64,000 nt of DNA, taken from the NCBI GenBank assembly GCA_963701035.1, contig OY969562.1, forward strand, positions 1,491,459 to 1,555,458, in the 5' to 3' direction. Shown here in pieces: positions 1 through 8,887 of this stretch; within the stretch, counting starts at the first letter, position 1; every line of letters starts with the position of its first letter. Position numbers and translations under genes: made by a program. The stretch comes from an uncultured Solirubrobacterales bacterium (lineage in GTDB: Bacteria; Actinomycetota; Thermoleophilia; Solirubrobacterales; Solirubrobacteraceae). The notes below the pieces were generated by a model. It did not search any database. It worked only from the letters and a program-made list of their open reading frames with translations, and had not been told where the DNA came from.

Positions 1-523
1 GCGCGGTCGTGCCGTCGGCGTTGACGGCCTGTAGGTCGAGTCCGAGCTGAAGCTGCGCGGCGCGTGCCTCCTCCGAGGGCGCTGTGATGATCCCGGCGCT
101 GCGCGCCAGTCGATTGCCGGGATCGGAGAGGACCGCGAAGCGCAGGTCGTTCTTCTCCTGCATGCTCAGCGACCCGTCCGGCGTCTGCGGACTGACGGCC
201 ACGAGCGCCACGCCACGCAGCTCGAGCTCGCCCAGCAGCTCGGCCTGGTAGGCGTTCAGCGCGATGTTGCAGTACGGGCACCACGCGCCCCGGTAGAACA
301 CGAGCACCCCGCGACGGCCCCCGAGCGCCGCCGACAGCGTCGTTGACTGGCCCTGGGGGTCCAGCAGTTCGCTGTCCAGCAACGTCGTACCGGTGGCGAT
401 GACCCCCGCCGGCTCGAAGCTGGCGAGCGCGGCCTGCTCGTGAGCGAACGCGCTCATAACGTCATCGGATGGCGCCGCTGCCTGGGACTCGGCGAGGCCT
501 CGGGTCTGCTCTGCGATCGTCAT
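1..523 (-). CDS. Peroxiredoxin-like AhpC/TSA family protein (3' end runs off window)
   Basis: Manual translation from ATG at 523: MTIAEQTRG...VLVFYRGAWCPYCNIAL...VAVSPQTPD, an FYRGxWCPxC redoxin motif. Confidence 0.85.
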   Translation of the reverse strand, partial: MTIAEQTRGLAESQAAAPSDDVMSAFAHEQAALASFEPAGVIATGTTLLDSELLDPQGQSTTLSAALGGRRGVLVFYRGAWCPYCNIALNAYQAELLGELELRGVALVAVSPQTPDGSLSMQEKNDLRFAVLSDPGNRLARSAGIITAPSEEARAAQLQLGLDLQAVNADGTTA

Positions 524-609
524 CTAGCTCCTTCAGGTCACCGGTCGTGGGCCCGCCGGCAGCGGGCTCGTCTACATCAGCGTCCGCTCGCGCAGCGGTC
601 TTACCTGCG

Positions 610-1398
610 TCAGTCTGAGAAGTGCGTCTTCGGGCGCGGCTGGAGCTCGCCGTCGAGGAACACGTCGACCTTCTCGTCATAGAAGGCCACCAGTCCCGCG
701 ACCGGCTGCAGCTGCCTGGTCGGAAAGTCATAGGACCAGGCGAGATCCTGGTGCAGCGTCTCTGCTGTCTGCACCGACCAGTAGGAGCTCGTGCGACCCT
801 TGTACGGGCAGGCCGTGACCGTGTCGCTCGGGCGCAGATGGGAGAAGTCCACGGCGCTACGGTCCAGGTAGTAGCGGGTCGGCAGGCCCGTCTCGAACAC
901 CATCACCGGCGCGCTTGACTCCGCGAGCACGATGCCCTGGAGCTCGACGCGCACGCGGCGGGTGGAGCGTAACGCGTCCACCCGAACATAGGGGCTGCGG
1001 GGATGAACGAAGACCTGCTCATCCTCCTCAAACCAAGCGTCCAGAGCGTCCCAGTCAAAGCGGATCATCCCGGCCAGACCCTCGATGCTCGACTCGAGAT
1101 ATCGGCGTCCGGCATCCCGACGCTCCTGATCGCCGGCCCGAAGCCCGACCTTGGCAACGGTGCCGCGGCTCACGCGGTGGGTGCTGTGCTCGTCGATCAG
1201 CGCGGCCGCGTCGACATCCTGCGCGTGGATCAGGAACTGCGGGTAGAAGGGCCACTCCCACAGATACAGCGCACGGGTCGTATCCATCACGACCTGCCCA
1301 CCGAGCACCGCTCGCACCCGCCGGGCAACGGGCTCGACGTGGTCGACGGGCACGACCGCCTGCGGATACCAGGCCACGCGATCCTCCCCCTCGTCCAT
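610..1398 (-). CDS. Tandem DUF427 domain protein
   Basis: C-terminal domain has FETGLPTRYY, CPYKG, AWSY, VAFYDEKVD motifs; start moved to MDEGED, which overlaps the upstream stop (TGATG). Confidence 0.85.
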   Translation of the reverse strand: MDEGEDRVAWYPQAVVPVDHVEPVARRVRAVLGGQVVMDTTRALYLWEWPFYPQFLIHAQDVDAAALIDEHSTHRVSRGTVAKVGLRAGDQERRDAGRRYLESSIEGLAGMIRFDWDALDAWFEEDEQVFVHPRSPYVRVDALRSTRRVRVELQGIVLAESSAPVMVFETGLPTRYYLDRSAVDFSHLRPSDTVTACPYKGRTSSYWSVQTAETLHQDLAWSYDFPTRQLQPVAGLVAFYDEKVDVFLDGELQPRPKTHFSD

Positions 1399-1628
1399 CA
1401 GCGCACCTCCAGCCCAGCGATGCCCGCGGTGGCGAGCAGGCCGCGGAAGTCCTCGGCGCACGGGCCGCAGACACGCAGGTGCGCCGCCACCCCGGGGTAG
1501 TCGGTCTCGGCGGCCGCGGACTCGAGCTCGCGGTCCACGTAGGCAGCCAGCAGCCTGAACGTCCCGCCACAGCCCACATCGGCTGCGTCGGCATGCAGGA
1601 AACGCCGCAGTGACTCCCAGCCGTTCAT
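1398..1628 (-). CDS. Small soluble zinc-binding (zf-HC2/ZAS) anti-sigma factor
   Basis: MNGWESLRRFL...HLRVCGPC carries HxxxCxxC; lies directly downstream of an ECF sigma factor. Confidence 0.8.
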   Translation of the reverse strand: MNGWESLRRFLHADAADVGCGGTFRLLAAYVDRELESAAAETDYPGVAAHLRVCGPCAEDFRGLLATAGIAGLEVR

Positions 1629-1635
1629 CACCCGA

Positions 1636-2283
1636 TCATGCCCCGGTATCCATGTATCCGTTAGCGACCAGTCGCGCACGGAGCTTACGCCGCGCGTCGA
1701 ACAGCGACTTGTACACCGCATTGCGATTTGACCCGAGCTCCTGCACGAGCACGTCCAGCGGAACGCCGTGCAGCACGATCGCGACGAAGATCCTCCGCTG
1801 GTGCGACGTGAGATCCTCGTCGACCGCGCGGCGCAGCAACACGAACAGCTCGCCCCATTCCACGGCCTCCTCGGGCGCGAAGCCGAAGCGGTCAGGCAGA
1901 AGATCCCAGTCCTCCTCGACTCGGCTAGGGGTCGCTCTGTGCCATGCATGGCGCGTGAGTTTGCCCGCGACCTCCAGCACAACGAACTTGTACGCCCAGG
2001 TCGTAAAGCGACTGTCGCCCCGAAACTGGCCCAGCTTGCCGACTATTGCCATCAGAGCGTCATCAGCCGCCTGCTGCACCACATCCTCCAGCTCGGGCCC
2101 GCTCACCCCCAGCCCCGAGGCACGTCGGCCCGCCTCCGCGCGGGCCACGCGCAGCAGCAGCGCGTGCAGGCGGGCAAGCCCCGCCTCCCGCGCCGGCCCA
2201 GAGCCCTCCAGCGTCGACAGCCACTCGACGGATTCACGATCGAGGGGCGCGCGTCGAGCGACGAGCGATGGGGCGCGGTCCAT
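1636..2283 (-). CDS. ECF RNA polymerase sigma-70 factor
   Basis: Region 2 (EDVVQQA...FRGDSRFTTWAY) and region 4 (SNRNAVYKSLFDARRKLR); start uncertain (2283 or 2325). Confidence 0.9.
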   Translation of the reverse strand: MDRAPSLVARRAPLDRESVEWLSTLEGSGPAREAGLARLHALLLRVARAEAGRRASGLGVSGPELEDVVQQAADDALMAIVGKLGQFRGDSRFTTWAYKFVVLEVAGKLTRHAWHRATPSRVEEDWDLLPDRFGFAPEEAVEWGELFVLLRRAVDEDLTSHQRRIFVAIVLHGVPLDVLVQELGSNRNAVYKSLFDARRKLRARLVANGYMDTGA

Positions 2284-2345
2284 AGCCCCAGGATGGCTCA
2301 TCCCGACGGGATCGACTTGCCGCACTCCCTGGCTATGCTGGTGCG

Positions 2346-2771
2346 ATGTCCGAGCCCGACATCGCGTTCGCCGTTCTTGAGCGTGAGAGTGGCGAGCGTT
2401 TTCAGGGGCTGCGACGCCAGCTGGGAGTGCATTCCTTCGGGATGAACCTGATGGTGCTTCAGCCAGGGCAGCGGACCCGAATCCACGCCCACGAGCACCA
2501 AGAGGAGGTCTATATCGTCCTCGAGGGCCAGCTCACGCTGCTGATCGACGGTGACGAGCACCTCCTCGAGGCCGACCATCTAGCCCGCGTCGGTCCAGCG
2601 ATGCGCCGCCAGCTCGTGAACGTCGGACGCGACCCGCTGATCATGCTCGCGCTCGGCGGAGCAGGCGAGCACGCCGGTCGAGACGCACGCGCCTGGACAT
2701 CATGGGAGGAAGACGGACCGGGCCTAGCACCACAAGACGTGCCACTACCCGCAGACCTACCGACAGACTGA
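2346..2771 (+). CDS. Cupin domain protein
   Basis: HAHEHQEEVYIVLEG cupin motif 1. Confidence 0.85.
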   Translation: MSEPDIAFAVLERESGERFQGLRRQLGVHSFGMNLMVLQPGQRTRIHAHEHQEEVYIVLEGQLTLLIDGDEHLLEADHLARVGPAMRRQLVNVGRDPLIMLALGGAGEHAGRDARAWTSWEEDGPGLAPQDVPLPADLPTD

Positions 2772-2781
2772 CTGCTGCTCC

Positions 2782-3114
2782 GCCTGCAGCTGTTCGCGCA
2801 GCCCGTGGAGCAACGCGCAAAGCGAGGCGGCGGAGAGAGAACTTCAACAAGTCCTCCGCGAGGCCCGCGAGCAGCTGAACGAGACCCCCAAGACACCCTC
2901 CGAGACGCCCCCAGAGCAATCCATTGAGAGGTTGATTGGGACGGAATGCCAAAAGCGGCAAAAAGAAGGCCCCAAACCGGATTCGGCGAGCGGTTCAGAA
3001 TCGGGTGAGGAATTGTTTGGCGGCCGGCACGAGGACTTCACCGGTGCAGAGCAATACGAGTTCGGGTGCTACAGCTTCACCACCAACGAAGGTGCCTACT
3101 ACTGTACGCGATAG
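2782..3114 (+). pseudogene. Start-less 3' gene fragment ending immediately before repeat A1
   Basis: Frame stays open from inside the cupin gene to TAG 3114 (...EQYEFGCYSFTTNEGAYYCTR); no RBS or credible start. Confidence 0.35.
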
Positions 3115-3118
3115 GAAG

Positions 3119-3265
3119 GAGCTAAGAACCGTCGGGCCGCTTTACTACAGCTACGCAACTGAGCTGGGTGATAACCAACACGTGCTTGCTTGCCGGCCCG
3201 TGCGTGCCTGAATTAGATTGTCGTTATTCCGCGTAAACGCCGCCACCGCTGTTGGCGGTCCCTGG
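3119..3265. repeat. Composite repeat A, copy 1
   Basis: CTTTACTxxAGCTACGCAACTxxGCTGGGTG..GCTTGCTTGCC..TTATTCCGCGTAAACG..GGTCCCTG, shared with six other loci. Confidence 0.9.
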
Positions 3266-3431
3266 ACCTCGTGGCCCGGGCCTTGGTGGCGAGATCGGGG
3301 GCCCTGTCGAGGCGGGCGGTGAGCGTTTTCGCGCCAGGTTTTGCCTTGCATGGCCCGGAACGACGGGGGTTTGGCGGGCGGACGGCATCCCGATCACGGT
3401 TCCCGTCGCAGGTGCGGCTTAGCTTTGTGGG

Positions 3432-3938
3432 ATGGCTGCTTCTAAGAGGGACAAGCGGCGTGCCAGAGCGCGCGGCACCGACGGCGCGGGCGTCTCGCCG
3501 ACCACCGTGAGATGGTCGCTCGCTTTCTACAGGACCGTCAAGGGCCTGGCGCCTGCCCGCAGCTTTCTGCTCGATTGCCCGCAACCGGTGCGGGAGATGC
3601 TCCTGGCGATCGTGGTCGCGGTACGCGACGCGCCTCCACCGAGTTTCCCGCCGAGCAGGATGTGGCATGTCATGCACGGTGAGATGAAGGGGTTCTACGA
3701 GGCACGCGACGAGCACGATGGTCAGCTGTATCGCGTGTTCTGTGTGCTCGACAGCCAAGCACCGGAGCACGGACTGGACGCCAAAGCCCTCACGCTGATC
3801 TGCGGCGGGGTCAAGCCGGTGCGCAGTCCGATGGACACGAGCGTGTACGAACAGGCACTGACCTACCGTCAGGACTATCTGGCGACACGGCGGATCGTGC
3901 TGGGAATGGGCGTTCCGAGAGACCAGCGAAAGTCTTGA
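3432..3938 (+). CDS. Type II toxin, RelE/ParE superfamily (Gp49/HigB-like)
   Basis: FYRT.KG.AP...FL start, FYEAR...LYRVFC; lies upstream of an Xre-HTH gene. Confidence 0.7.
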   Translation: MAASKRDKRRARARGTDGAGVSPTTVRWSLAFYRTVKGLAPARSFLLDCPQPVREMLLAIVVAVRDAPPPSFPPSRMWHVMHGEMKGFYEARDEHDGQLYRVFCVLDSQAPEHGLDAKALTLICGGVKPVRSPMDTSVYEQALTYRQDYLATRRIVLGMGVPRDQRKS

Positions 3939-3940
3939 GC

Positions 3941-3958
3941 AACATGAACTTATATGTT
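3941..3958 (+). promoter_or_regulatory. AT-rich inverted repeat between toxin and antitoxin (candidate antitoxin promoter/operator)
   Basis: AACATgaacttatATGTT; identical copy at 11960-11977. Confidence 0.4.
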
Positions 3959-3969
3959 ATGGTTCTCTG

Positions 3970-4341
3970 ATGATGGCTACGGACACCATGCTCACAGGTC
4001 AGGCATTCGACGAGTTCCTCGAGGGCCAGCTCGCCGACCCCTCGTTCAGAGCTGGATTTGAGAAGAAGCTCGCGAAGGTCAAGAGCATCGCCGAGGTGCT
4101 GCAGGTCATCGAGCTGGCTAGGGAGCGAGAGAACATTCCCAAGGCTGAGCTCGCCCGGCGCATGGAACGCAAGCCCGAGGCGATCTCACGGCTCCTGCGC
4201 GGCGAGGGCGCCAACCCGACGCTCGAGACCCTGATCGACCTGGCCGATGCGATCGGGCTCGAGCTCGACATCCGCATCAAGCGCCAGCCAGCCAAACGCA
4301 ACGGCAAATACTCCCCGCTGAAGGTTCACTCCACCGTCTGA
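3970..4341 (+). CDS. Xre/HTH_3 antitoxin (HigA-like)
   Basis: IPKAELARRMERKPEAISRLLRGEGANPTLETLIDLA HTH. Confidence 0.85.
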   Translation: MMATDTMLTGQAFDEFLEGQLADPSFRAGFEKKLAKVKSIAEVLQVIELARERENIPKAELARRMERKPEAISRLLRGEGANPTLETLIDLADAIGLELDIRIKRQPAKRNGKYSPLKVHSTV

Positions 4342-4391
4342 GCGGCCGCCAAAGCTCGTGGTCGGCCGACCCTGGTCGGAGAACGCGCCCC

Positions 4392-4420
4392 TGACGCGGG
4401 GCAGGACGCCCCGCGCCCAC
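4392..4420. repeat. Hairpin repeat B, copy 1
   Basis: TGAC-GCGGGGC-AGGAC-GCCCCGC-GCCCAC. Confidence 0.9.
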
Positions 4421-4490
4421 GACCTTGGGATACCCAACCACACGCGAGGATGCGGCCCAAGACACATCCCTAAAAAAGACACCCCATAGA

Positions 4491-5084
4491 ATCACCGGTG
4501 GCGAGAAAAACGTTTCTGAAGGCTTCACGGACTCGATCGGCGGCGGCTACGAGAACAAGGCCTCAAAGCTGCAGAGCTCGGTCAGCGGTGGGGCGCACAA
4601 CGTCGCATCGAACAACTCGGCCTCGGTCAGCGGCGGCCTCGAAAACGAAGCCGCCGGTTTTGAATCCTCCGTCAGTGGCGGCTCCAAGAACAAGGCCACG
4701 GGCGCACAGTCCTCGGTCGGTGGGGGTACCGGCAACGAAGCTATCGAACAGCTCTCGTCGATCGTCGGTGGGCTCTTCGACAAAACCGAAGGTGCGTTCT
4801 CCGCGGTCCTCGGCGGCGACGGGGACATCGCCAAAGGCGAAACGGCGGTGCTCGTCGGCGGCTTCGAAAACCGAGCGCCGACTCGGTATGGCGCGGTCGT
4901 GGGTGGCGATTCGAACAAGGCCGGCGGTGAATACAGCTCCGTATTCGGGGGTCTCAGTAATGAAGCCATCGGCGAGTTCTCCTGGGTGGGTGGAGGAGAG
5001 GCCAACAAAGCCAAAGGCAACAGCTCCTCGATCCTCGGCCTAAACACCAAGGAAGCAAGCGGCGGAGGCGAAGTTTTGTACTAG
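4491..5084 (+). pseudogene. Cassette S1: start-less 3' part of a Gly-rich beta-roll repeat surface protein
   Basis: About 12 repeats of 15 aa (SSVSGGxxNxAxxxx); no signal peptide or RBS. Confidence 0.75.
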
Positions 5085-5085
5085 G

Positions 5086-5280
5086 GGGTGGCGGGCTGGG
5101 TGGCTGTTAGCTACCCGGCCCGGTTAGGGATGAGCTAGGAACAGTCGGCGCCGCTTTACTCGAGCTACGCAACTCGGCTGGGTGGTTACCGGAGCGTTCT
5201 TGCTTGCCAGCCCGTGCGTGGTTGAATTGGGTTGTTGTTATTCCGCGTAAACGCTGCGGGCGCTGTTGGTGGTCCCTGGA
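5086..5280. repeat. Composite repeat A, copy 2 (with 5' GTGG hairpin)
   Basis: GTGG-CGGGCTGGGTGGCT-GTT-AGCTACCCGGCCCG hairpin followed by the A core. Confidence 0.9.
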
Positions 5281-5454
5281 CGGGTCGATTCGTCGGGGTT
5301 AGGGCAGACCTGCGAAAACTTGTGGCTCGGTTGCAGGGGTTTTTGCAGCGAGGAGGGCTCGATCTCGTCTGCCGTCCCAGAGCGTGAGTAGCTTGCTCGG
5401 CATGAGATTGACTTGTATTGATGAGCCCCACCCACCCCAGAGCCCCACCCGCCC

Positions 5455-6114
5455 GTGAGCCCGAGCCATGGCGCACCCTTCCGGGGATTCCACGACGACG
5501 AGGAATCCCCCTTCTTCTGCGCGGCCGGACGCACCCCGGAGCAGACCTGGGACATCAGTGTCAACCGGTTTGCGGACATCCTCGAAACGCTCGAGGCCCT
5601 CGCGGCCACCGGGCCGATCGAGATGTCCCCCGGGCTGCTCTGTTCCTGGCACCGCGAGATCTTCGGTGAGCTGTTCCCCGAGAACGCGGGACGGCTGCGC
5701 GGCTTCCGAGACGGTCAAGCCCAACACGTCTACTTCGGCGTGCACAACCGCGGCTACCGCGGAACGACGCCGCGCGAACTTCGCCGGCGGCTGGAGAAGA
5801 TCTGCACCGAGTTCAACACCACCGCCGCCGAGATCCGCGCATCCGAGGCCCCCGAGCGCTACGACGCCGTTTACGCCGCGACGCGGCTGTACGCGAAGGT
5901 CCTGCGCGCCCATCCCTTCGTCGACGGCAATCTCAGAGGCACGACCGTGGCGCTGAACGCCGGCCTGGTCACGCTCGGGCTCGACATAGTCGCCTTCAAG
6001 GACCTCGGCCAGCACGACGAGCTGCTCGGCATCGCGTTCGTCGGCCGCAACGACCCCTACAGCCCGCTCGCCGAACACATCACCGAGCTCTTGGCCGACA
6101 CCCAATCCGCTTGA
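5455..6114 (+). CDS. Fic/Doc family protein
   Basis: HPFVDGNLRG Fic-like motif; WHREIFG...AGRLR. Confidence 0.85.
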   Translation: MSPSHGAPFRGFHDDEESPFFCAAGRTPEQTWDISVNRFADILETLEALAATGPIEMSPGLLCSWHREIFGELFPENAGRLRGFRDGQAQHVYFGVHNRGYRGTTPRELRRRLEKICTEFNTTAAEIRASEAPERYDAVYAATRLYAKVLRAHPFVDGNLRGTTVALNAGLVTLGLDIVAFKDLGQHDELLGIAFVGRNDPYSPLAEHITELLADTQSA

Positions 6115-6135
6115 CCAACGTCCTATCCTTGAACC

Positions 6136-6369
6136 ATGGCCAAAAACACCAACAACGGCGCTCTGAACAACAACGGCGCTCCCAAACGCGTCCACGCCGT
6201 GATCGACGGCAAGCGCGTCCCACTCGACCGCACAGCAGCCCTCTACATCGCCCAACAGACACATCTGCTCGCCCTAGGCGATCCCAAACGGGCGGCAGAG
6301 ATGGTGGCCGAAGCCGAGCGCGCCGGGAACAACGGCACCAACGCCAGCAGCGCCGGCACCGTCGCCTGA
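6136..6369 (+). CDS. Small hypothetical protein, possible Fic partner
   Basis: ATG-started 77-aa ORF 21 nt after the Fic stop, ending just before repeat B2. Confidence 0.5.
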   Translation: MAKNTNNGALNNNGAPKRVHAVIDGKRVPLDRTAALYIAQQTHLLALGDPKRAAEMVAEAERAGNNGTNASSAGTVA

Positions 6370-6390
6370 CCCAGTCAGCACCCCACCCTC

Positions 6391-6419
6391 TGACGCGGGG
6401 CAGGACGCCCCGCGCCCAC
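6391..6419. repeat. Hairpin repeat B, copy 2
   Basis: Identical 29-mer to B1. Confidence 0.9.
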
Positions 6420-6491
6420 CAGCCTTTGGGGTTCGTGGTGAGCTGCGTGGATGCGACCCAAACACGTCCATACAAAAAAACACCACATATA

Positions 6492-7085
6492 ATCACCGGT
6501 GGTGAGAAAAACCTTACCGAAGGTGTCACGGACTCGATCAGCGGCGGCTACGAGAACAAGGCCTCCAAGCTGCAGAGCTCGGTCAGCGGTGGGGCGCACA
6601 ACGTCGCATCGAACAACTCGGCCTCGGTCAGCGGGGGCCTCGAAAACGAAGCCGCGGGGTATGAATCCTCCATCAGTGGGGGCTCCAAGAACAAGGCCAC
6701 GGGCGCACAGTCCTCGGTCGGTGGGGGTACCGGCAACGAAGCTATCGAACAGCTCTCGTCGATCGTCGGTGGGCTCTTCGACAAGACCGAAGGCGCGTTC
6801 TCCGCGGTCCTCGGCGGCGACGGCGACATCGCCAAAGGCGAAACGACGGCGATCGTCGGCGGCTTCGAAAACCGAGCGCCGACTCGGTATGGCGCGGTCG
6901 TTGGTGGCGATTCAAACAAGGCCGGCGGTGAATACAGCTCCGTATTCGGGGGTCTCAGCAACGAAGCCATCGGCGAGTTCTCCTGGGTGGGTGGAGGAGA
7001 GGCCAACAAAGCCAAAGGCAACAGCTCCTCGATCCTCGGCCTAAACACCAAGGAAGCAAGCGGCGGAGGCGAAGTTTTGTACTAG
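6492..7085 (+). pseudogene. Cassette S2 (near-identical to S1)
   Basis: Same length as S1 with a few substitutions (e.g. AAGFE/AAGYE, ETAVLV/ETTAIV). Confidence 0.75.
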
Positions 7086-7086
7086 G

Positions 7087-7167
7087 GGGTGGCGGGCTGG
7101 GTGGCTGTTAGCTACCCGGCCCGGCTAGGGACGAGCTGGGAACAGTCGGCGCCTCTTTACTCAAGCT
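7087..7167. repeat. Composite repeat A, copy 3, left part (split by IS110; resumes 8524-8630)
   Basis: ...TACTCAAGCT|IS|ACGCAACTCGG... reconstructs the intact A core. Confidence 0.9.
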
Positions 7168-7182
7168 GTGTAGTTTTGGGTG

Positions 7183-7432
7183 TGCCTGTCGGGCTCGATG
7201 AGTGTGGTGGGCTCCGGTGTCTTCGTAGCGAGCCCGTAGGGCGAGCGGAGAAGACGCCGGGTGGTGGCGTCCGACGCCCCCGCGAGGGTGCTGGCGGCGG
7301 CGGGATGACTCGTACTCCAGCTGGCCCGTACTGGTGCCTTTGCGTAGATCCGTCTCCCGCCGCCACCGCACCGGATGCCGCCGTGACTTCATAGAAGCCT
7401 GACCTAGCTCGACACAGCTCTGTCCGACGGCC
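7183..7432 (+). ncRNA. Predicted IS110 bridge RNA, copy 1
   Basis: Stem-enclosed loops carry target guides (TACTCCAGCT 7313-22; TTGCGTAG 7340-47) and donor guides (ATAGAAGC 7391-98; ACACAG 7412-17); RNA ends approximate. Confidence 0.75.
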
Positions 7433-7467
7433 TCCACATCACCAACCAGACGATGAGGAGAGACACG

Positions 7468-8478
7468 ATGATCGCAGTTGGAGTGGACACCCACAAGCAC
7501 GAGCACCTCGCCAGAGCGCTCGACCATCTCGGACAGCTGCTGGGCGGGGTGACCGTCGACGCGAGCCTCGCCGGCTACACCCAGTTGATGCAGTGGCTCA
7601 GAACGCTCGAGGGAAATGTTGTGGTCGGGATCGAGGGCGCCGGCAGCTACGGCGCCGGCCTCTGCGAGTACCTCCTCGCCGAAGGAATTACTGTCGTGGA
7701 GGTCGAGCGTCCCCGCCGCCAGGACCGCCGACGAGGAAAGTCCGATGAGATCGACGCGCTCCTGGCCGCGAAGAAGGTTCTCGCCAACGACGGGCTCTCC
7801 ACGCCCCGCGTCGGTGGCACACGCCAAGCCCTGGCGGCGTTGCTGATCGCGCAGCGCACCTGCAAGGGCGAGCGCACAAGGCTGCTCAACCAGATCCAAG
7901 CGATGAACACCACCGCACCCCTCGCGCTGCGCGAGCGAATCGGCGAGGGCAACGGCCGCAACCTCGCCGATCGGCTGGTGAAGATGCGTACTCGCAGCGA
8001 CCGGCCCGCGAGCGAGCAGCTGATTTTCACCGTCATGCGTGACCTCGCTCGACGAGCGCAAGAGCTCGCCGCTCAAGCCAGTGCCTACGAGCACGAGCTC
8101 ACCGTCCTGATCAGTTCCCTCGATGCAACACTCCTGCAGGAGCAGGGCGTCGGCCCGATCTCCGCAGCCAAGCTCTTGGTCTGCGACCCCAAACGGCTGA
8201 AGAGCGAGGCGGCGTTCGCGCGCTGCAACGGCACCGCTCCCAAGCCCGCCAGCTCCGGGCAAACAATCCGCTACCGACTCTCCCGCGGCGGTGACCGACA
8301 AGCCAACAACGCACTCCACACAATCGCCCTGCACCGCGCCCGCCGCGACACCGAAACCCGCGCCTACCTCGACCGCCGCATCAGCGAGGGAAAGACCAAA
8401 CGCGAGGCCATGCGCGCCCTCAAGCGACACCTCTCCCGCCACCTCTACAAACAACTCATCACGATCCCGCTGACCTAA
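7468..8478 (+). CDS. IS110 family recombinase/transposase
   Basis: GVDTHK, GIEGAGSYG, KSDEIDA (DEDD RuvC-like); PASSG..RLSRGGDRQAN (C-terminal transposase domain); AGGAG RBS. Confidence 0.95.
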   Translation: MIAVGVDTHKHEHLARALDHLGQLLGGVTVDASLAGYTQLMQWLRTLEGNVVVGIEGAGSYGAGLCEYLLAEGITVVEVERPRRQDRRRGKSDEIDALLAAKKVLANDGLSTPRVGGTRQALAALLIAQRTCKGERTRLLNQIQAMNTTAPLALRERIGEGNGRNLADRLVKMRTRSDRPASEQLIFTVMRDLARRAQELAAQASAYEHELTVLISSLDATLLQEQGVGPISAAKLLVCDPKRLKSEAAFARCNGTAPKPASSGQTIRYRLSRGGDRQANNALHTIALHRARRDTETRAYLDRRISEGKTKREAMRALKRHLSRHLYKQLITIPLT

Positions 8479-8887
8479 CAAAAAGATCCCCTTAAAGATC
8501 CCCTTGACACAATAGAAGCGTCTACGCAACTCGGCTGGGTGGTTACCGGAGCGTGCTTGCTTGCCAGCCGTTGCGTGCCTGAATTTGGTTGTTGTTATTC
8601 CGCGTAAACGTTTTGACCGCTGTTGGCGCATGATGCGCTCAGGGCTTGCTGGCAAGTAGCGCCTCGACGGAACACTGGCTATCGAGCCAAGTCTCTGCGT
8701 CGGGGTCGATCCATCCAGTAGCGATCGTGTGATCAAGTGCGTCCGGGCGCAGGTGGGCAGATAGCAAGTACCCGACAGCGGTCCCCACCAGTCCGCGGTC
8801 GATCCCGGGTACCTGTGGCACTGCGCAGGGCTCCTTGGTACTGCCGCCGCGCAGCTCGCGGCCGGGGCTGACGGTAGGCTCGATGGT

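Larger units (their letters stand above)
7168..8523 (+). mobile_element. IS110-family element, copy 1
   Basis: CT core at both junctions (7166-67 and 8522-23), no terminal IRs, long non-coding left end, DEDD recombinase. Confidence 0.92.

Noticed and set aside
3213-3770. Long antisense ORFs over the array (e.g. 3213-3770, 5299-6264, 7108-8898, 12602-14011, 4547-5050)
   Set aside because: Shadow frames of real genes and repeats in high-GC DNA; no recognisable motifs
3941-3965. AT-rich toxin-antitoxin spacer as a pdif site
   Set aside because: Cannot be aligned to an 11-6-11 XerC/XerD consensus; a promoter/operator is simpler
5085-5140. A hairpin as an integron attC site (GTTAG motifs present)
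   Set aside because: No complementary RYYYAAC R'' box or L boxes could be identified, and no IntI is in the window
4491-7085. S1/S2 as a DGR template/variable region pair
   Set aside because: Differences are few and not concentrated at adenines, and there is no reverse transcriptase
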